64,000 nt of DNA, from NCBI GenBank assembly GCA_964016885.1, contig OZ024760.1:10602001-10666000 (forward strand), given 5' to 3'. The stretch is from Eledone cirrhosa. Lineage: Eukaryota. Below are positions 41,148 through 54,679 of the stretch, piece after piece. The notes below the pieces were generated by a model. It had not been told where the DNA came from and did not search any database. It saw only the letters and a list, made by a program, of their open reading frames with translations. Numbering within the stretch: position 1 is the first letter of the stretch; each line of letters opens with the position of its first letter. The position numbers and the translations under genes were made by a program.

Positions 41148-41583
41148 AAGTTTGTCTCAAGCCTCGAACTTCATCTGGCTGGTATTTATCCCAGTTTCTG
41201 TGGCTGAGAGCACAAAACTTCCCACTGGACAGGACACCAGTCCATCGCAGGGTTAAAGCCCGTCTCGAGCCCCAAGGTTCACTTGGCTGGTATTTATCCC
41301 AGTTTCTGTGGCTGAGAGCACAAAACTTCCCACTGGACAGGACACCAGTCCATCGCAGGGTTAAAGCCCGTCTTGAGCCCCAAGGTTCACTTGGCTGGTA
41401 TTTATCCCAGTTTCTGTGGCTGAGAGCACAAAACTTCCCACTGGACAGGACACCAGTCCATCGCAGGGTTAAAGCCCGTCTCGAGCCCCAAGGTTCACTT
41501 GGCTGGTATTTATCCCAGTTTCTGTGGCTGAGAGCACAAAACTTCCCACTGGACAGGACACCAGTCCATCACAGGGTTAAAGC
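41148..41583. repeat. 108-bp tandem repeat, ~4 copies
   Basis: tggctggtatttatcccag starts at 41176, 41284, 41392 and 41500. Confidence 0.93.
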
Positions 41584-41592
41584 AACGGCCTG

Positions 41593-42797
41593 CTGAACTC
41601 CAACCAACATGGGTTCCGTAATGGAAGGGACTGCCTAACGCAGCTCCTACATCACTTTGACGATGTTTTGAGAGCCTTGGGAGAGGGCTCCAACACTGAT
41701 GTCATCTACCTTGATTTCAGCAAGGCCTTCGACAGGGTTGATCATAAGATTCTACTGAAAAAGCTATCCAATGTTGGTGTCTCTGGAAAGTTACTACAGT
41801 GGATCAAATGTTTCCTGACAGGCAGAACCCCACATGTTGTAGTAGAAGGAGTAAAATCAAGCCCTGCCAAAGTCAGCAGTGGCGTCCCACAAGGCACTGT
41901 GTTGGGCCCACTTCTTTTCATCATCTACATTAATGACATTACTGACATCATCAAGCACAGCAACATAAGAATCTTCGCAGATGACCCCAAGCTCCAAAGG
42001 GTCATCAATGAGGCGAGTGATGGGACTTGCCTTCAGTCAGACCTACTGGCTGTTATCCAATGGGCAGAAAAGAACAATATGCTGTTGAATGAGGATAAGT
42101 TTGAGTTAATCCACTTTGGAAAAAAGGATGTCCTGAAACTGCCATACTCTCTTCCTTCAGGTGAAACTCTCATGGCATCCAACAACATCAGAGACCTGGG
42201 AGTAATTGTGGAAAACAACATAAGCTGGGTCACTCATATAAACAGCAAAGTTGACATGGCCCGCAGAATGTGTTCCTGGATTCTCAGAACCTTCCAGTCG
42301 AGAGATATCCACACTGTTATCCTTCTCTTCTCCACTTTTGCCTGACCCCACCTTGAATACTTTTGTCCACTGTGGTCTCCCCACACAAAACAAAGTATCA
42401 TGAAAGTTGAAGCACCCCAAAGATCAATTACAAAAAAGATAGATGGCATGACAGGCCTTGACAATTGGAGTCGATTAGAAAAACTCAACCATTATTCTCT
42501 CCAACGTCGCCGTGACCGCTACATTATCTTCATGATGTGGAAAATATTCCATCAGATTTTCCCAAATGATGTTGGCATCACCTTTAATGTACACCCAAGG
42601 CTTGGACCCTGTGCTATCTGCCCACAACAAAAATCTCACTGGCATCTCATAACAACAATACAGCACAATTATTCCATCTCAATTGGACCCGCTCTCTTTA
42701 ACATTACACCAAAACACATTAAAACGGAAACAGACCCCATAAAGTTCAAGAAGTCTTTGGACAAACTCCTTTAAGAAATCCCGGATAAACCTACTGA
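41593..42797 (+). mobile_element. Truncated CR1/L2(Jockey)-group LINE, reverse transcriptase region, pseudogenised
   Basis: QHGFR..C.TQL, YLDFSKAFDRV.H, GVPQGTVLGPLLF..YIND, FADD, RDLGV and PHLEY motifs. Stops at 42343-42345 and 42772-42774. Confidence 0.93.
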
Positions 42798-43410
42798 CTA
42801 AGTTAACTTTGCACACACACACACACACGTGTGTGTGTGTGTGCAAAGTTAACCTACAGTCAGTAGACCCCTCCAAACCAAACACACACTAACCCACTAC
42901 CCCACTCCCACCAACACCACCCCTTTCTCTATAAAGTTATGTTGGTTCCACAACATCCAGTCTAAAATAATGAGATCGTGTAGGTGTCAACAAAAAAACA
43001 CACAGTCCACGCTGTATAGTGGCCGTGTAGATAACATGGTAAAAAGTGCCCAGTCCACACTGTAAATGTGGTTGGTGGATAGGAAGGGCATCCAGCCATA
43101 GAAAACCTGCCAGACAGTCCTATACAAGCGAGGCATGGTCACCCGACCAATCTTGCCTCAATTCTAATTTTTCATTATATCTCTCTCTCTCTCTCTCGAG
43201 AGAGAGAGAGATATGACAATGGTTAGGAGAACAATATAAGCAAATGGAAAGCTCTATTAGTCTTGTTGTAATCCTAATCCTTTAGAAAAGTTAATCTCTT
43301 TTCTCCTCCTCCTCCATTAATTACATAAGAAAGCTTTGTTGAAAGAAAGAAATCTCCTTGTTCACATGAAGTCACAACTATTTCATACATTCTTTGATTC
43401 TATTCCTATC

Positions 43411-43860
43411 ATACTTCTTACTGGCTTCAGTCATTAGACTGTGGCCATGCTAGGGCACTACATACTTCTTACTGGCTTCAGTCATTAGACTGTGGCCATG
43501 CTAGGGCACTACATACTTCTTACTGGCTTCAGTCATTAGACTGTGGCCATGCTAGGGCACTACATACTTCTTACTGGCTTCAGTCATTAGACTGTGGCCA
43601 TGCTAGGGCACTACCTACTTCTTACTGGCTTCAGTCATTAGACTGTGGCCATGCTAGGGCACTACCTACTTCTTACTGGCTTCAGTCATTAGACTGTGGC
43701 CATGCTAGGGCACTACCTACTTCTTACTGGCTTCAGTCATTAGACTGTGGCCATGCTAGGGCACTACCTGCTTTTACTGGCTTCAGTCATTAGGCTGTGG
43801 CCATGCTGGGGCAGTGCTCTTTTACTGATTTCAGTCATTAGACTGTGGCCATGCTGCGTC
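43411..43860. repeat. 51-bp minisatellite (~9 copies), SINE-like unit
   Basis: Unit atacttcttactggcttcagtcattagactgtggccatgctagggcactac. Confidence 0.92.
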
Positions 43861-44770
43861 ATCGCCTTCAAAGGGATTCACTCAATCATATCAACCCTAG
43901 TGCTTATACTTTTTCCTTTCTTTTTAAGCCTGAACTAGGTCTTTTGCATGGTTTTTTTTCTGTGGCGCCAGCAGTCCCACCATACAGGATGGACTGGGTG
44001 TTTTTGTGGGAGAGCAGATGTGGGACCTGTCAAGTTTTTCACGAGTGCATGCACGCATGGCTTGGCTAGGAAAGATGTATCCTGATACACTTGATGTGGA
44101 GAGGGAGTGGGAATACATCTGCTACCCCTACACCTGACCCAGACAGGCTGTCATGCTCTGATGAGACTGGGCTAGACAGGAGACCATATCTAGTTTATAC
44201 ATTCCATTTTTTTGTGGGGGTGGGGGTGGGGGGAGCTTGGTCCCTCCCAGACAGATGCCCTCCCAAGCCATAAACATGGCTACTACAATCAAATCCAGGG
44301 GCTTCTCACTACTGTTGGAGGAATACCTCCTTGATTGACCTCCACCATTTGGGATTTGGTCCTGTCTTGAGGAGTGTACTTCAGGGCTACTCTGTACATA
44401 CAGCTACAATCTACTAAAAAGACAACATGACCAGATTTTACAGGCAAAAACCAACTGGCAGGAGACCCAGGGGTAGATCCAGGACAAGTTGGTTGGATAA
44501 CATCCAAGACAATCCAGACGGATCAATTGAAGACAGTTACTTCTGACAGGACCCTCTGATTGTTCAAGGACTTTGTCCCCACAAGGAGTAGGAGTAAGAG
44601 GAGGAGAGAAAGGAGAAGACGAAGAAGAAAACTAGATGGTCGCAGTTGGTATGTCTTTGATCACAGATATGCAATATCGGGGTGGTGTTTGGGTGGACGA
44701 AACAACTGACCATATTGCACTATTGGATATATACTGACGAGAGAAACAGGCAGACAGACACACATATGGT

Positions 44771-44836
<66 letters not shown>

Positions 44837-45204
44837 TCTAGGTACCAAAAGAATCCATAGTAATTAGAGGTTCTTGGTTAAAATTTGGTGAAACTATTTG
44901 TAATAAAGTTAGCATTGATTACTTTATTAGTATAGATTACTTCCTTGATTGTAATAGGAACACATGTAGCAGAGAGAGAGAGAGAGAGATGGGAGCGGGT
45001 GAGTAAGGGAGGAGGTAGTAAGAGAGTGGGAGAGGGGGAAAGAGAAAGAGAATGAGTGGGAGAGGGGGAAAGAGAAAGAGAATAAGGGGGAGAGAATGAT
45101 GGGAGAAAGAGAGAAACTAATAGAGGGGGGGAAACAGAGTGAGAGAGGATTCCTGTAAATAATATATCTATTGTATAATATATAAATACAGACACACATA
45201 TATA

Positions 45205-45882
45205 TCATCAACATCATCACCGTTTTACGTCCGTTCTTCCACGCTAGCATGGGTTAGACGGGTTGTCCTGTTGTGGGCAGTGTCCGGTTGGCTGAACATG
45301 TCTTGATTTCTACAGCTGGATGCCCTTCCTAACACCAACCTCATTTACAGTGAGTGCTGGGTGCTTTTTTTTCCGTGGCGCCTACACGTCCACTTTACCG
45401 TGTCAGGTGGGTGCTTTTTTGCCATGGCACCTCCACGACCACTTTGCAGTGGGAGGGTGTGGGGGCATATTGTCTATATGCTTCAGCTTCGGCTTGTACC
45501 CATGGGGGGTATATATATGTATATGATAGGTTTCCTATAGTTTCTGTCTACCAGATTCCACTCACTATGTATTGATTGACCTGAAGCTATAGTAGAAGAT
45601 ACTTGCTGAAGGTGTCACTCAGTGGGATATATCTCACAACCATTTGGTTGTGAAATGAACTCTTTAAATGAACTCTTTTTTTCCGTGGCACCTACACGTC
45701 CACTTTACCGTGTCAGGTGGGTGCTTTTTTTCCGTGGCACCTACATGTCCACTTTACAGTGGAATGATAGGAACCCCAGTCCCTATCATCTCATTTCTAC
45801 AGCTGAGTAAACTGGAGCAATGTGAAATAAAGTGTCTTATTCAAGGAAACAACACATCACCCGGTCTGAGAATTGAACTCAC
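45205..45882 (-). mobile_element. Composite/nested SINE A copies
   Basis: Family A tail and body. 45210-45668 is a close inverted copy of 59520-59995. Confidence 0.8.
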
Positions 45883-46419
45883 TATATATATATATATATA
45901 TATATTTTATATGTATATATACATAGATATACATGTACAATGTAGACATATATAATGAATGCGTGTTAAACCAAACCTAGTTTAGACACTGTATATTTAA
46001 GCCAGGCTGCCAGAAACAACATCCAAAAAACATTACATTTACCACTTAAAATTTCTTAACATCATATTATATTTCTACATAGTTGGATTTCAATGTAGTT
46101 TAGAATGTATGTATGTATATTTATAGATTATACATCCATATATATAGATGTATGTGATGATGATGATGATGATATAGATGTATGTATGTATGTATGTATG
46201 TATGTATGTATGTATGTATGTATGTATGTATGTATATATACATACATACATATTTAGATCATTGGCTGGGCTAAAAAGCCACATTCGATCGCAGCGCTGT
46301 TAATTGCTATCATGTGTGTGTATAGATATGTTTATGTGTGTGCATGTGTGTATATATATATATATATATGTATATTATTATTGTTGTTGTTGTTGTCATT
46401 ATTATTGCTGTCATTATTA

Positions 46420-46471
<52 letters not shown>

Positions 46472-46923
46472 GAGGTTATATTTAATTTGTTGGGATTCAA
46501 TATTTATTTATAAAACAAATCTGTATTTTATCTGATGAAAGCGCACCATAATTTGCCTTGGTTGCCCTTGAAATATGTATAATAAAATAAATATGGTTTT
46601 ATAAATATAGTTTCCATTTATTAATATATTGTATATATATATATTTAACTTTAATTATATCTCATAAAATAATACAACTGGTTTTTCCACATTATACATA
46701 TTGTTAGCACCCCAAACACTTAAATTGGGTTTATATTTAAATATAACCTAATGTTTGTTGAGTGAGATGGTTACCAGTCAGAGTTTAGCTTTAAACTATC
46801 TCTGTTATTGTATTAAATATATATATATATATAAAATATTAAAAAAATAATGAATAAAACAATGAAACAGTTCCTTATACACTAGTTCCTTAGACACTAC
46901 TGTAAACTCTTGGTAGATTTATC

Positions 46924-46952
<29 letters not shown>

Positions 46953-46957
<5 letters not shown>

Positions 46958-47068
46958 AACGAGTAGGACCCCGACGGCTGAGCTCAAGCCATTTCGACGG
47001 CTAATTCCGTCCAGAATTAGCCGTCGAAACGGCTTGAGCTCAGCCGTCGGGGTCCTACTCGTTCCTAT
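46953..47068. other. Near-perfect 116-bp hairpin (55-bp arms, 1 mismatch, 6-nt loop)
   Basis: ataggaacgagtaggaccccgacggctgagctcaagccatttcgacggctaattc, loop cgtcca, then the reverse complement. Confidence 0.92.
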
Positions 47069-47131
47069 TACCCACTCTACTACCCTAAGTATTGAGTACT
47101 TTGGTGCGTTATGGTCCACCTGGTTCCTTAC

Positions 47132-47213
47132 CACATTTCCTCCATTATATATATATATATATTTTTTTTTTTTCTCGTGCAATGGCCATACTCGATAACG
47201 AGGGGGCAGCCAT

Positions 47214-47216
<3 letters not shown>
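47132..47216 (-). other. Candidate first exon / promoter-proximal region of the USP gene
   Basis: ATGGAGGAAATGTG|GTAAGG donor; MEEM(W) ends in phase 2, compatible with 35388. Local CpG enrichment and an ATGGCTGCC motif. No homology support. Confidence 0.25.
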
Positions 47217-47271
<55 letters not shown>

Positions 47272-48797
47272 AATGAGAATTGAAAGACTTATCAGTACAC
47301 ACCAAGTTTTATTATCCAATAGAAAGAAGGAAGGATTTTTACAGGAATGTATCTGAATTATGTGGTTATGTAAACCATCTGAATGTATACACACACAAGC
47401 AATATATACATATATATACATATATATATATATTATATATATATATACATACGTATATATACACATATATATATACACATAAATGTACACACACACACAT
47501 ATATATACACATATATAAACACATATGTATATATATATGCACAGACATATATTTATATATATATATACATGTATATAAATATATATACACATATATACAC
47601 CCACACACACACATATGTATGTATATATATATATATATAAACACACATACACACATATATAACTGGCACACCGTCGGTTACGAGTGTTCCAGTTGATCTA
47701 ATCAATGGTGGAACAGCCTGCTCGTGAAATTAACTTGCAAGTAGCTGAGTATTCCACAGACACGTGTACCCATAATGTAGTTCTCAGGGAGATTCAGTGT
47801 GGCACAGAATGTGACAAGGCTGACCCTTCAAATTACAGGACAACTCATTTTTGCAACTTGGGTGAGCTTGAGCAATGTGAAATAAAGTGTCAAGGACGCA
47901 ACGCACTGCTGAGAATCAAACTCACAACCTTATGATCTTCTGCCGAATAACCCTTACCACTAAGCCATGCTGGCTTCACATATATACACACACACACATA
48001 TATTTATATATAGAGATATATAGATATATCCTCTCTATACATAAAGGAACGATCGACTTTCGTCAAATCGGACCGAGGGAACAATGTTTCCGTTGGTCTT
48101 TCCAATTGCTAATACTATCTATCGGTCGCAACTCCAGGTAGAAGGAGCGACGTGAAATAAAGTGTCTTGCTCAAGGACATAACACATCGCCTGGTCCAGG
48201 AATCGAACTCACAACCTCATGATTGCGAATCCAATTCTCTAACCACTCAGCCACACGCCTTCACTCTATACATTCAAAATCTTATATCTACACAAACCAT
48301 ATATATATGAGATGGGTGAGGTTTTGCCAACTGGCCAGTCTCTCCTCATAATGATGTCATGCAGAACCTGAACTGAGGGTCTGCTCTATGAAGGGTTTCA
48401 GCACAGCCAAACGGCATGTCCCTCCTCTTACCGGTGCCATCCAATACCAGGCTCCAAAACTATGGTACAGCATTTCTTGTGCATTTTTTTAAAGCTTGAC
48501 AGAACTCATCTCGCTGCCAATTTCTTCCAGAGAAAGAAAGAGAGAGAAAAGGAAAATATATAGAGGAAGAGTCAACCCCAGTACTGCACTGGTACCCTAT
48601 TTATCGACCTCAAAAGGATGAGAGGCAAAGCTAACCTCAGCAGGATTTGAGCTCAGAGTGCAGCAAGTAGGAATAAATACTGCAAATATTCTATCTCATG
48701 TTCTAATGACTCTGCCAATTCGTTGCCACTAAATTACATGTTTAGATAAAAGACAGAATGTCTGAAAATAGGTCTGTTTGCTCAACCTGCTGATAAA

Positions 48798-49112
48798 CAG
48801 TGGAACCTCAGTTCACAAACTTAATCTGTTCCTGAAGGCCGTTCGTCACCCAAAATGTTTGTAAACCGAAACTATTTTGCTCATACGAAATATTGAGAGA
48901 GAGAGACTGTGTGTGAAAGACAAATAGATATCACCATTGTAACTAACTACACAGCAAGTGATGCTTTCCCACTTGTTGTCAACTGTTGTTGCCAGCTTGT
49001 GTGTTCATTACTCAAGACACCATTTGTGAACCAAGACATTTTATGTTTGAAAAAATTGTTCATGATCCGATTTGTTTGTGATAAGAGGTGTTCATGAACT
49101 GAGGTTTCACCG
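48798..49112. mobile_element. Tigger/pogo-like MITE
   Basis: TIRs CAGTGGAACCTCAGTTCACAAAC and GTTCATGAACTGAGGTTTCACCG, the right one followed by TA. Confidence 0.75.
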
Positions 49113-50473
49113 TATATGTAAAGCTTCTTTATGAAAGTTCATCTCCAAGACGAAAGGAACATCAGAGTAAAGAGCAAGGCTTTTTGTGAAAGGTCAGCAA
49201 TTGCCCAAACATGCCTCCCATCTCCATGCCAGTAATGTTGTCCAAGAGAAAAGAGGCTGGCAGATACAGCTTGGCATCAATGCCATCACAGGCAAACTCA
49301 GAACACAAGGGACCAAAGACTGAGGGGACTGTTCAGCTATGTCAAACACATGACAACCTCTCTAGTGTTAGTGACAGGAAGGGCATCCTGCTTTAGAGAC
49401 AAAGAGTTGATCTCAGGACAGTGACTGAACTTCAAAAACATGGTAGTATCAAAGGAACATAACAAGAAGAAAAAACTGTGGTGGAGAAGGCCTGTCAAAC
49501 CCATGCAAAATATAGAGAAGAGGAGGTAAAAATAATTGTTTCTACTTTTGGCACAAGGCCAGCAATTATCCCAGTATATTACTGGTATTTTATTTTATCG
49601 ACCCCGTAAGGATGAAAGGCAAAGTTAACCTCGGCAGGATTTGAACTCAGACCATAAAGGGCCGTAACTCTTTGCTGCAAAGCATGGCGTCCGACCCTCT
49701 ACCGATACTGCCAATGCACCGCCCTTCCTATTCATATAATAATGATGATGACAACGAGTGATTATTATAAAGATGATGGTGATAATGATGATGATGATTT
49801 AATGACCCTGCCAGTTCACCGATTTTTACACACACACACCCACGCAAACACACACAAACACACACACACACATTATCCATGGCATTAATAATTTAAAGCT
49901 GTAACTGTAAATGTTGTTGTAGGAAATATAAGATATATCCTTCAGAAATATTTTGACATGAATAACTTAGATAAAAATGGCTAAACAACAGGACTGAAAA
50001 CAAAATAGCAACAAAGTGTGGTGGAGCAGGGCAGTGGACTTGGTTGATATTGGAATATTGAAGAGGTAATTTAACATATGAGAGAGAGAGAGGAAGAGAG
50101 TGAGTGTGAGAGAGAGAGAGAGAGTGAGTGTGAGAGAGAGAGAGGAAGAGAGTGAGAGGAAGAGAGTAAGTGTGAGAGAGAGAGAGAGGAAGAGAGTGAG
50201 TGTGAGGGAGAAAGAGAAAGAGTGAGTGAGAGAGAGAGGAAGAGAGTGAGTGAGAGAGAGAGGAAGAGAGTGAGTGAGAGAGAGAGAGAGGAAGAGAGTG
50301 AGTGAGAGAGAGAGAGAGGAAGAGAGTGAGTGAGAGAGAGAGGAAGAGAGTGAGTGAGAGAGAGAGGAAGAGAGTGACTGTGAGAGGAGGGGAGGCGACA
50401 AAGGGAGAGGAGAGTGTGTGTGTATAAAAGAGTGTGGGAGGTAGAGAGGAGGAGGGAGGGACAGAGGGAGAGG

Positions 50474-50517
<44 letters not shown>

Positions 50518-50704
50518 AGGTAGAGAGGAGGAGAAGGAGTGTGTATGAGAAAGAGACAGAGAGGGGGGAGAGAGAGGAGTAGGAGTATGTGAGTGTTATA
50601 AGGTGATGGGCAAGGATGGGATTAGTTGAATATCAAAGATCTTACAACTGGATTATGGCTTAAATAAATAATAGAGGAGAAACACTGCTGAACTCAGGCC
50701 AAAA

Positions 50705-50749
<45 letters not shown>

Positions 50750-51024
50750 AAAAACATACACATACGTATATACACATGCACATATACATGGACACACACA
50801 CCCAAATACTTACATATGCAGAGACATACACATGCAAACACATGGACACTCACACACATACATGTCCACAGAAGAGAAAAAAAAGAAAGGAAAAAAAACC
50901 ATCATTGTTATGAAATGTTAAATCTCAGCTGGTTATTTAACCCAAGTTCAGCTATTAATGGGACAGAACTATGATCAAAATTATTTCTGAAATATGGCAG
51001 GCTCAGTAGCGTCTCATAATTTGT

Positions 51025-53053
51025 GGAGGCACATGGCTTAGTGGTTAGAGCATTCGGCTTGCAATTGAAAGGTTGTGAGTTCAATTCTCAGATTGGGTGA
51101 TGTGTTGTTTCCTTGAGCAAGACACTTTATTTCACATTGCTCCAGTTTACTCAGCTGTAGAAATGAGATGATAGGGACTGGGGTCCCTATCATTCCATTG
51201 CAAAGGTGGTCGTGGAGGTGCCACGACAAAAAAGCACCCAGCCCACACTGTAAAGTGGTCGTGGAGGAGCCACAGCAAAAAAAGCACCCAGCCCACACTG
51301 TAAAGTGGTCGTGGAGGTGCCACAGCAAAAAAAGCACCCAGCCCACACTGTAAAGTGGTCGTGGAGGTGCCACAGCAAAAAAAGCACCCAGCCCACACTG
51401 TAAAGTGATCGTGGAGGTGCCACAGCAAAAAAAGCACCCAGCCCACACTGTAAAGTGGTCGTGGAGGTGCCACAACAAAAAAGCACCCAGCCCTCACTGT
51501 AAAGTGGTCGTGGAGGTGCCACGGCAAAAAAGCACCCAGCCCACACTGTAAAGTGGTCGTGGAGGTGCCACGACAAAAAAGCACCCAGCCCACACTGTAA
51601 AGTGGTCGTGGAGGTGCCACGACAAAAAAGCACCCAGCCCACACTGTAAAGTGGTCGTGGAGGTGCCACAGCAAAAAAAGCACCCAGCCCACACTGTAAA
51701 GTGGTCGTGGAGGTGCCACAGCAAAAAAAGCACCCAGCCCACACTGTAAAGTGGTCGTGGAGGTGCCACAGCAAAAAAAGCACCCAGCCCACACTGTAAA
51801 GTGGTCGTGGAGGTGCCACAGCAAAAAAAGCACCCAGCCCACACTGTAAAGTGGTCGTGGAGGTGCCACAGCAAAAAAAGCACCCAGCCCACACTGTAAA
51901 GTGATCGTGGAGGTGCCACAGCAAAAAAAGCACCCAGCCCACACTGTAAAGTGGTCGTGGAGGTGCCACAACAAAAAAGCACCCAGCCCACACTGTAAAG
52001 TGGTCGTGGAGGTGCCACAACAAAAAAGCACCCAGCCCACACTGTAAAGTGGTCGTGGAGGTGCCACGACAAAAAAGCACCCAGCCCACACTGTAAAGTG
52101 ATCGTGGAGGTGCCACAGCAAAAAAAGCACCCAGCCCACACTGTAAAGTGATCGTGGAGGTGCCACAGCAAAAAAAGCACCCAGCCCACACTGTAAAGTG
52201 GTCGTGGAGGTGCCACAACAAAAAAGCACCCAGCCCACACTGTAAAGTGGTCGTGGAGGAGCCACAGCAAAAAAAGCACCCAGCCCACACTGTAAAGTGG
52301 ACGTGTAGGCGCCACGGAAAAAAAGCACCCAGCCCACACTGTAAAGTGGTCGTGTAGGCGCCACGGCAAAAAAGCACCCAGCCCACACTGTAAAGTGGTC
52401 GTAGAGGTGCCACGGCAAAAAAGCACCCAGCCCACACTGTAAAGTGGTCGTGGAGGTGCCACAGCAAAAAAAAGCACCCAGCCCACACTGCAAAGTGGAC
52501 GTGTAGGCGCCACGGCAAAAAAGCACCCAGCCCACACTGTAAAGTGGTCGTGGAGGTGCCACGGCAAAAAAGCACCCAGCCCACACTGCAAAGTGGACGT
52601 GTAGGCGCCACGGCAAAAAAGCACCCAGCCCACACTGTAAAGTGGTCGTGGAGGTGCCACGGCAAAAAAGCACCCAGCCCACACTGCAAAGTGGTCGTGG
52701 AGGTGCCACAGCAAAAAAAGCACCCAGCCCACACTGTAAAGTGGTCGTGGAGGTGCCACAGCAAAAAAAGCACCCAGCCCACACTGCAAAGTGGACGTGT
52801 AGGTGCCACGGCAAAAAAGCACCCAGCCCACACTGTAAAGTGGTCGTGGAGGTGCCACAGCAAAAAAGCACCCAGCCCACACTGCAAAGTGGTCGTGGAG
52901 GCGCCACGGAAAAAAAGCACCCAGCACTCACTGTAAATGAGGTTGGTGTTAGGAAGAGCATCCAGCTGTAGAAATCAAGCCAGAATCAGTTCCCGTCCCA
53001 CCCTTGCAAGCAGGGAAAAGCGGACGTAAAATGATGATGATGATGATGATGAT
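51025..53053 (+). mobile_element. SINE family A with internal 49/50-bp unit expanded ~35 times (51203-52930)
   Basis: Intact tRNA head and (GAT)n tail around the tandem array. Confidence 0.93.
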
Positions 53054-53337
53054 CCATTTCTTCATATTCTCAGTTCAAATCTCACCAAGGTTAACTAAAT
53101 GGCTGCTACACAAGGATGGTAAGAATGGCCCTTAACCCTTTAGTATTCACATTACTCTATATTTACTATTGTATTTTCACGGTAAAGGCTTTACCTCATA
53201 TAATATTGAATCTATGAGATTTTTATGTTATCTATTTTGAGAACAATACCTTAACATACCTATGAGCAGCTGGTTCTGGCTGGTTTGAACAGAAAGAGGT
53301 GAGAGAAATTCTGGTCGAGTTAGAAATAGAAGATAAA

Positions 53338-53552
53338 TCATCATCATTATACGTCCGCTTTTCCCTGCTTGCAAGGGTTGGACGGGTCCTATTCAGCACA
53401 GCATCTCTCCACCCGTCACGGTCCTTCGTCATCTCCTCCGTGAGTTTCAGCAATCTGAGGTTTGCTCTCACCACCTCCGCCCATGTTTTTCGTGGTCTAC
53501 CTCTACTGCGTCTTCCCTCCACTGGGAATTCTTGGCACTTCTTCACCCATCG
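53338..53552 (-). mobile_element. RTE LINE 3' end inserted into a MITE
   Basis: VKKCQEFPVEGRRSRGRPRKTWAEVVRANL and a GAT tail. Related fragments at 12590-12750 and 37690-37800. Confidence 0.85.
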
Positions 53553-54679
53553 GTCTTACATAATATTGGATGGCTGTTGACACTTTTGAATTCATCCGAC
53601 TTTTGACAGGTTTTATTTTTCATCCCTCCAGAGTGTCCAAAAATAACCCACCTCACCAAGTAAGTTTGGTGGGGTTGCCAGTTTATTCACCAATGACCCG
53701 ACCATGCAGCAGATTGTACTGGGTTACATACTACTAGTAGTATTCAAGAACCTCAATCAGAATTACTGACTTCCAAAATAGGCCACAAGCCTACATCTTG
53801 CTTACATGCATTCTACCACTTTACAGAGTGTACTAGGTGCATTTTATCAGTGCACCAGTACTAAGGAAGTTATTGTTTCATTGGCACAACTGGAAAGTCC
53901 TCTTAAATACACACCTCTACACTACACCACACCACACCACACCACTACACCACACCACTACACTACACCACACCACTACACTATAGCTACACCACTATAC
54001 TACAACTACACCACACCACACCAACTATGCTACACCACACCACACTACCATGCTACACCACACCACACCACGCTACACCACACTATCACTGCTTTATGTT
54101 GAATCTCCCTGAGAACTGTGTTAATGTCACAAGCAGGCTGTTCTGTTAATCGAATCAATTGGAACATCAGATCAATATCAGAATTAATGGTGATCCAACA
54201 CCAGAATTATGGCCAGATATGGCCAGTTTAAATGCTAAAGGGTTAACAACAGTATGAGCAGCCGGTTATGGCCAGTTTGAACAGAAAGAGGTAAGAGAAT
54301 TATGGCCAGATATGGCCAGTTTAAATGCTAAAGGGTTAACAACAGTATGAGCAGCTGGTTATGGCCAGTTTGAACAGAAAGAGGTAAGAGAATTATGGCC
54401 AGGTATGGCCAGTTTAAATGCTAAAGGGTTAAAAAAAAATACTTGAGACAGCTCCCAAGAGATGCTACCTTAAAAAAAAACACTTGAGACAGCTCCTGAG
54501 AGATGCTATTTTACATACAGGACCAGCTACACCTCCAGGTGTGAGTTATATAATAACATTGCAGTTGGTATTGCTATTTGTCTACAAAACAACAAATTCT
54601 ATGATGTATATGTTACGTAGTATAGACAGAAATAGAGAAGAAGCTGGCATTTCTTCTTCGTATTTTGAAATGACTGGAA

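Noticed and set aside
41668-42345. Functional or domesticated reverse transcriptase
   Set aside because: 5'-truncated with no endonuclease and in-frame stops; an ordinary dead LINE copy.
44327-44403. Minus-strand exon candidate LYVQSSPEVHSSRQDQIPNGGGQSR, phase-compatible with 35388
   Set aside because: Weak GTATTC donor, no USP similarity, and it adjoins or overlaps a plus-strand RTE-like remnant (KPTGRRPRGR). Not fully excluded.
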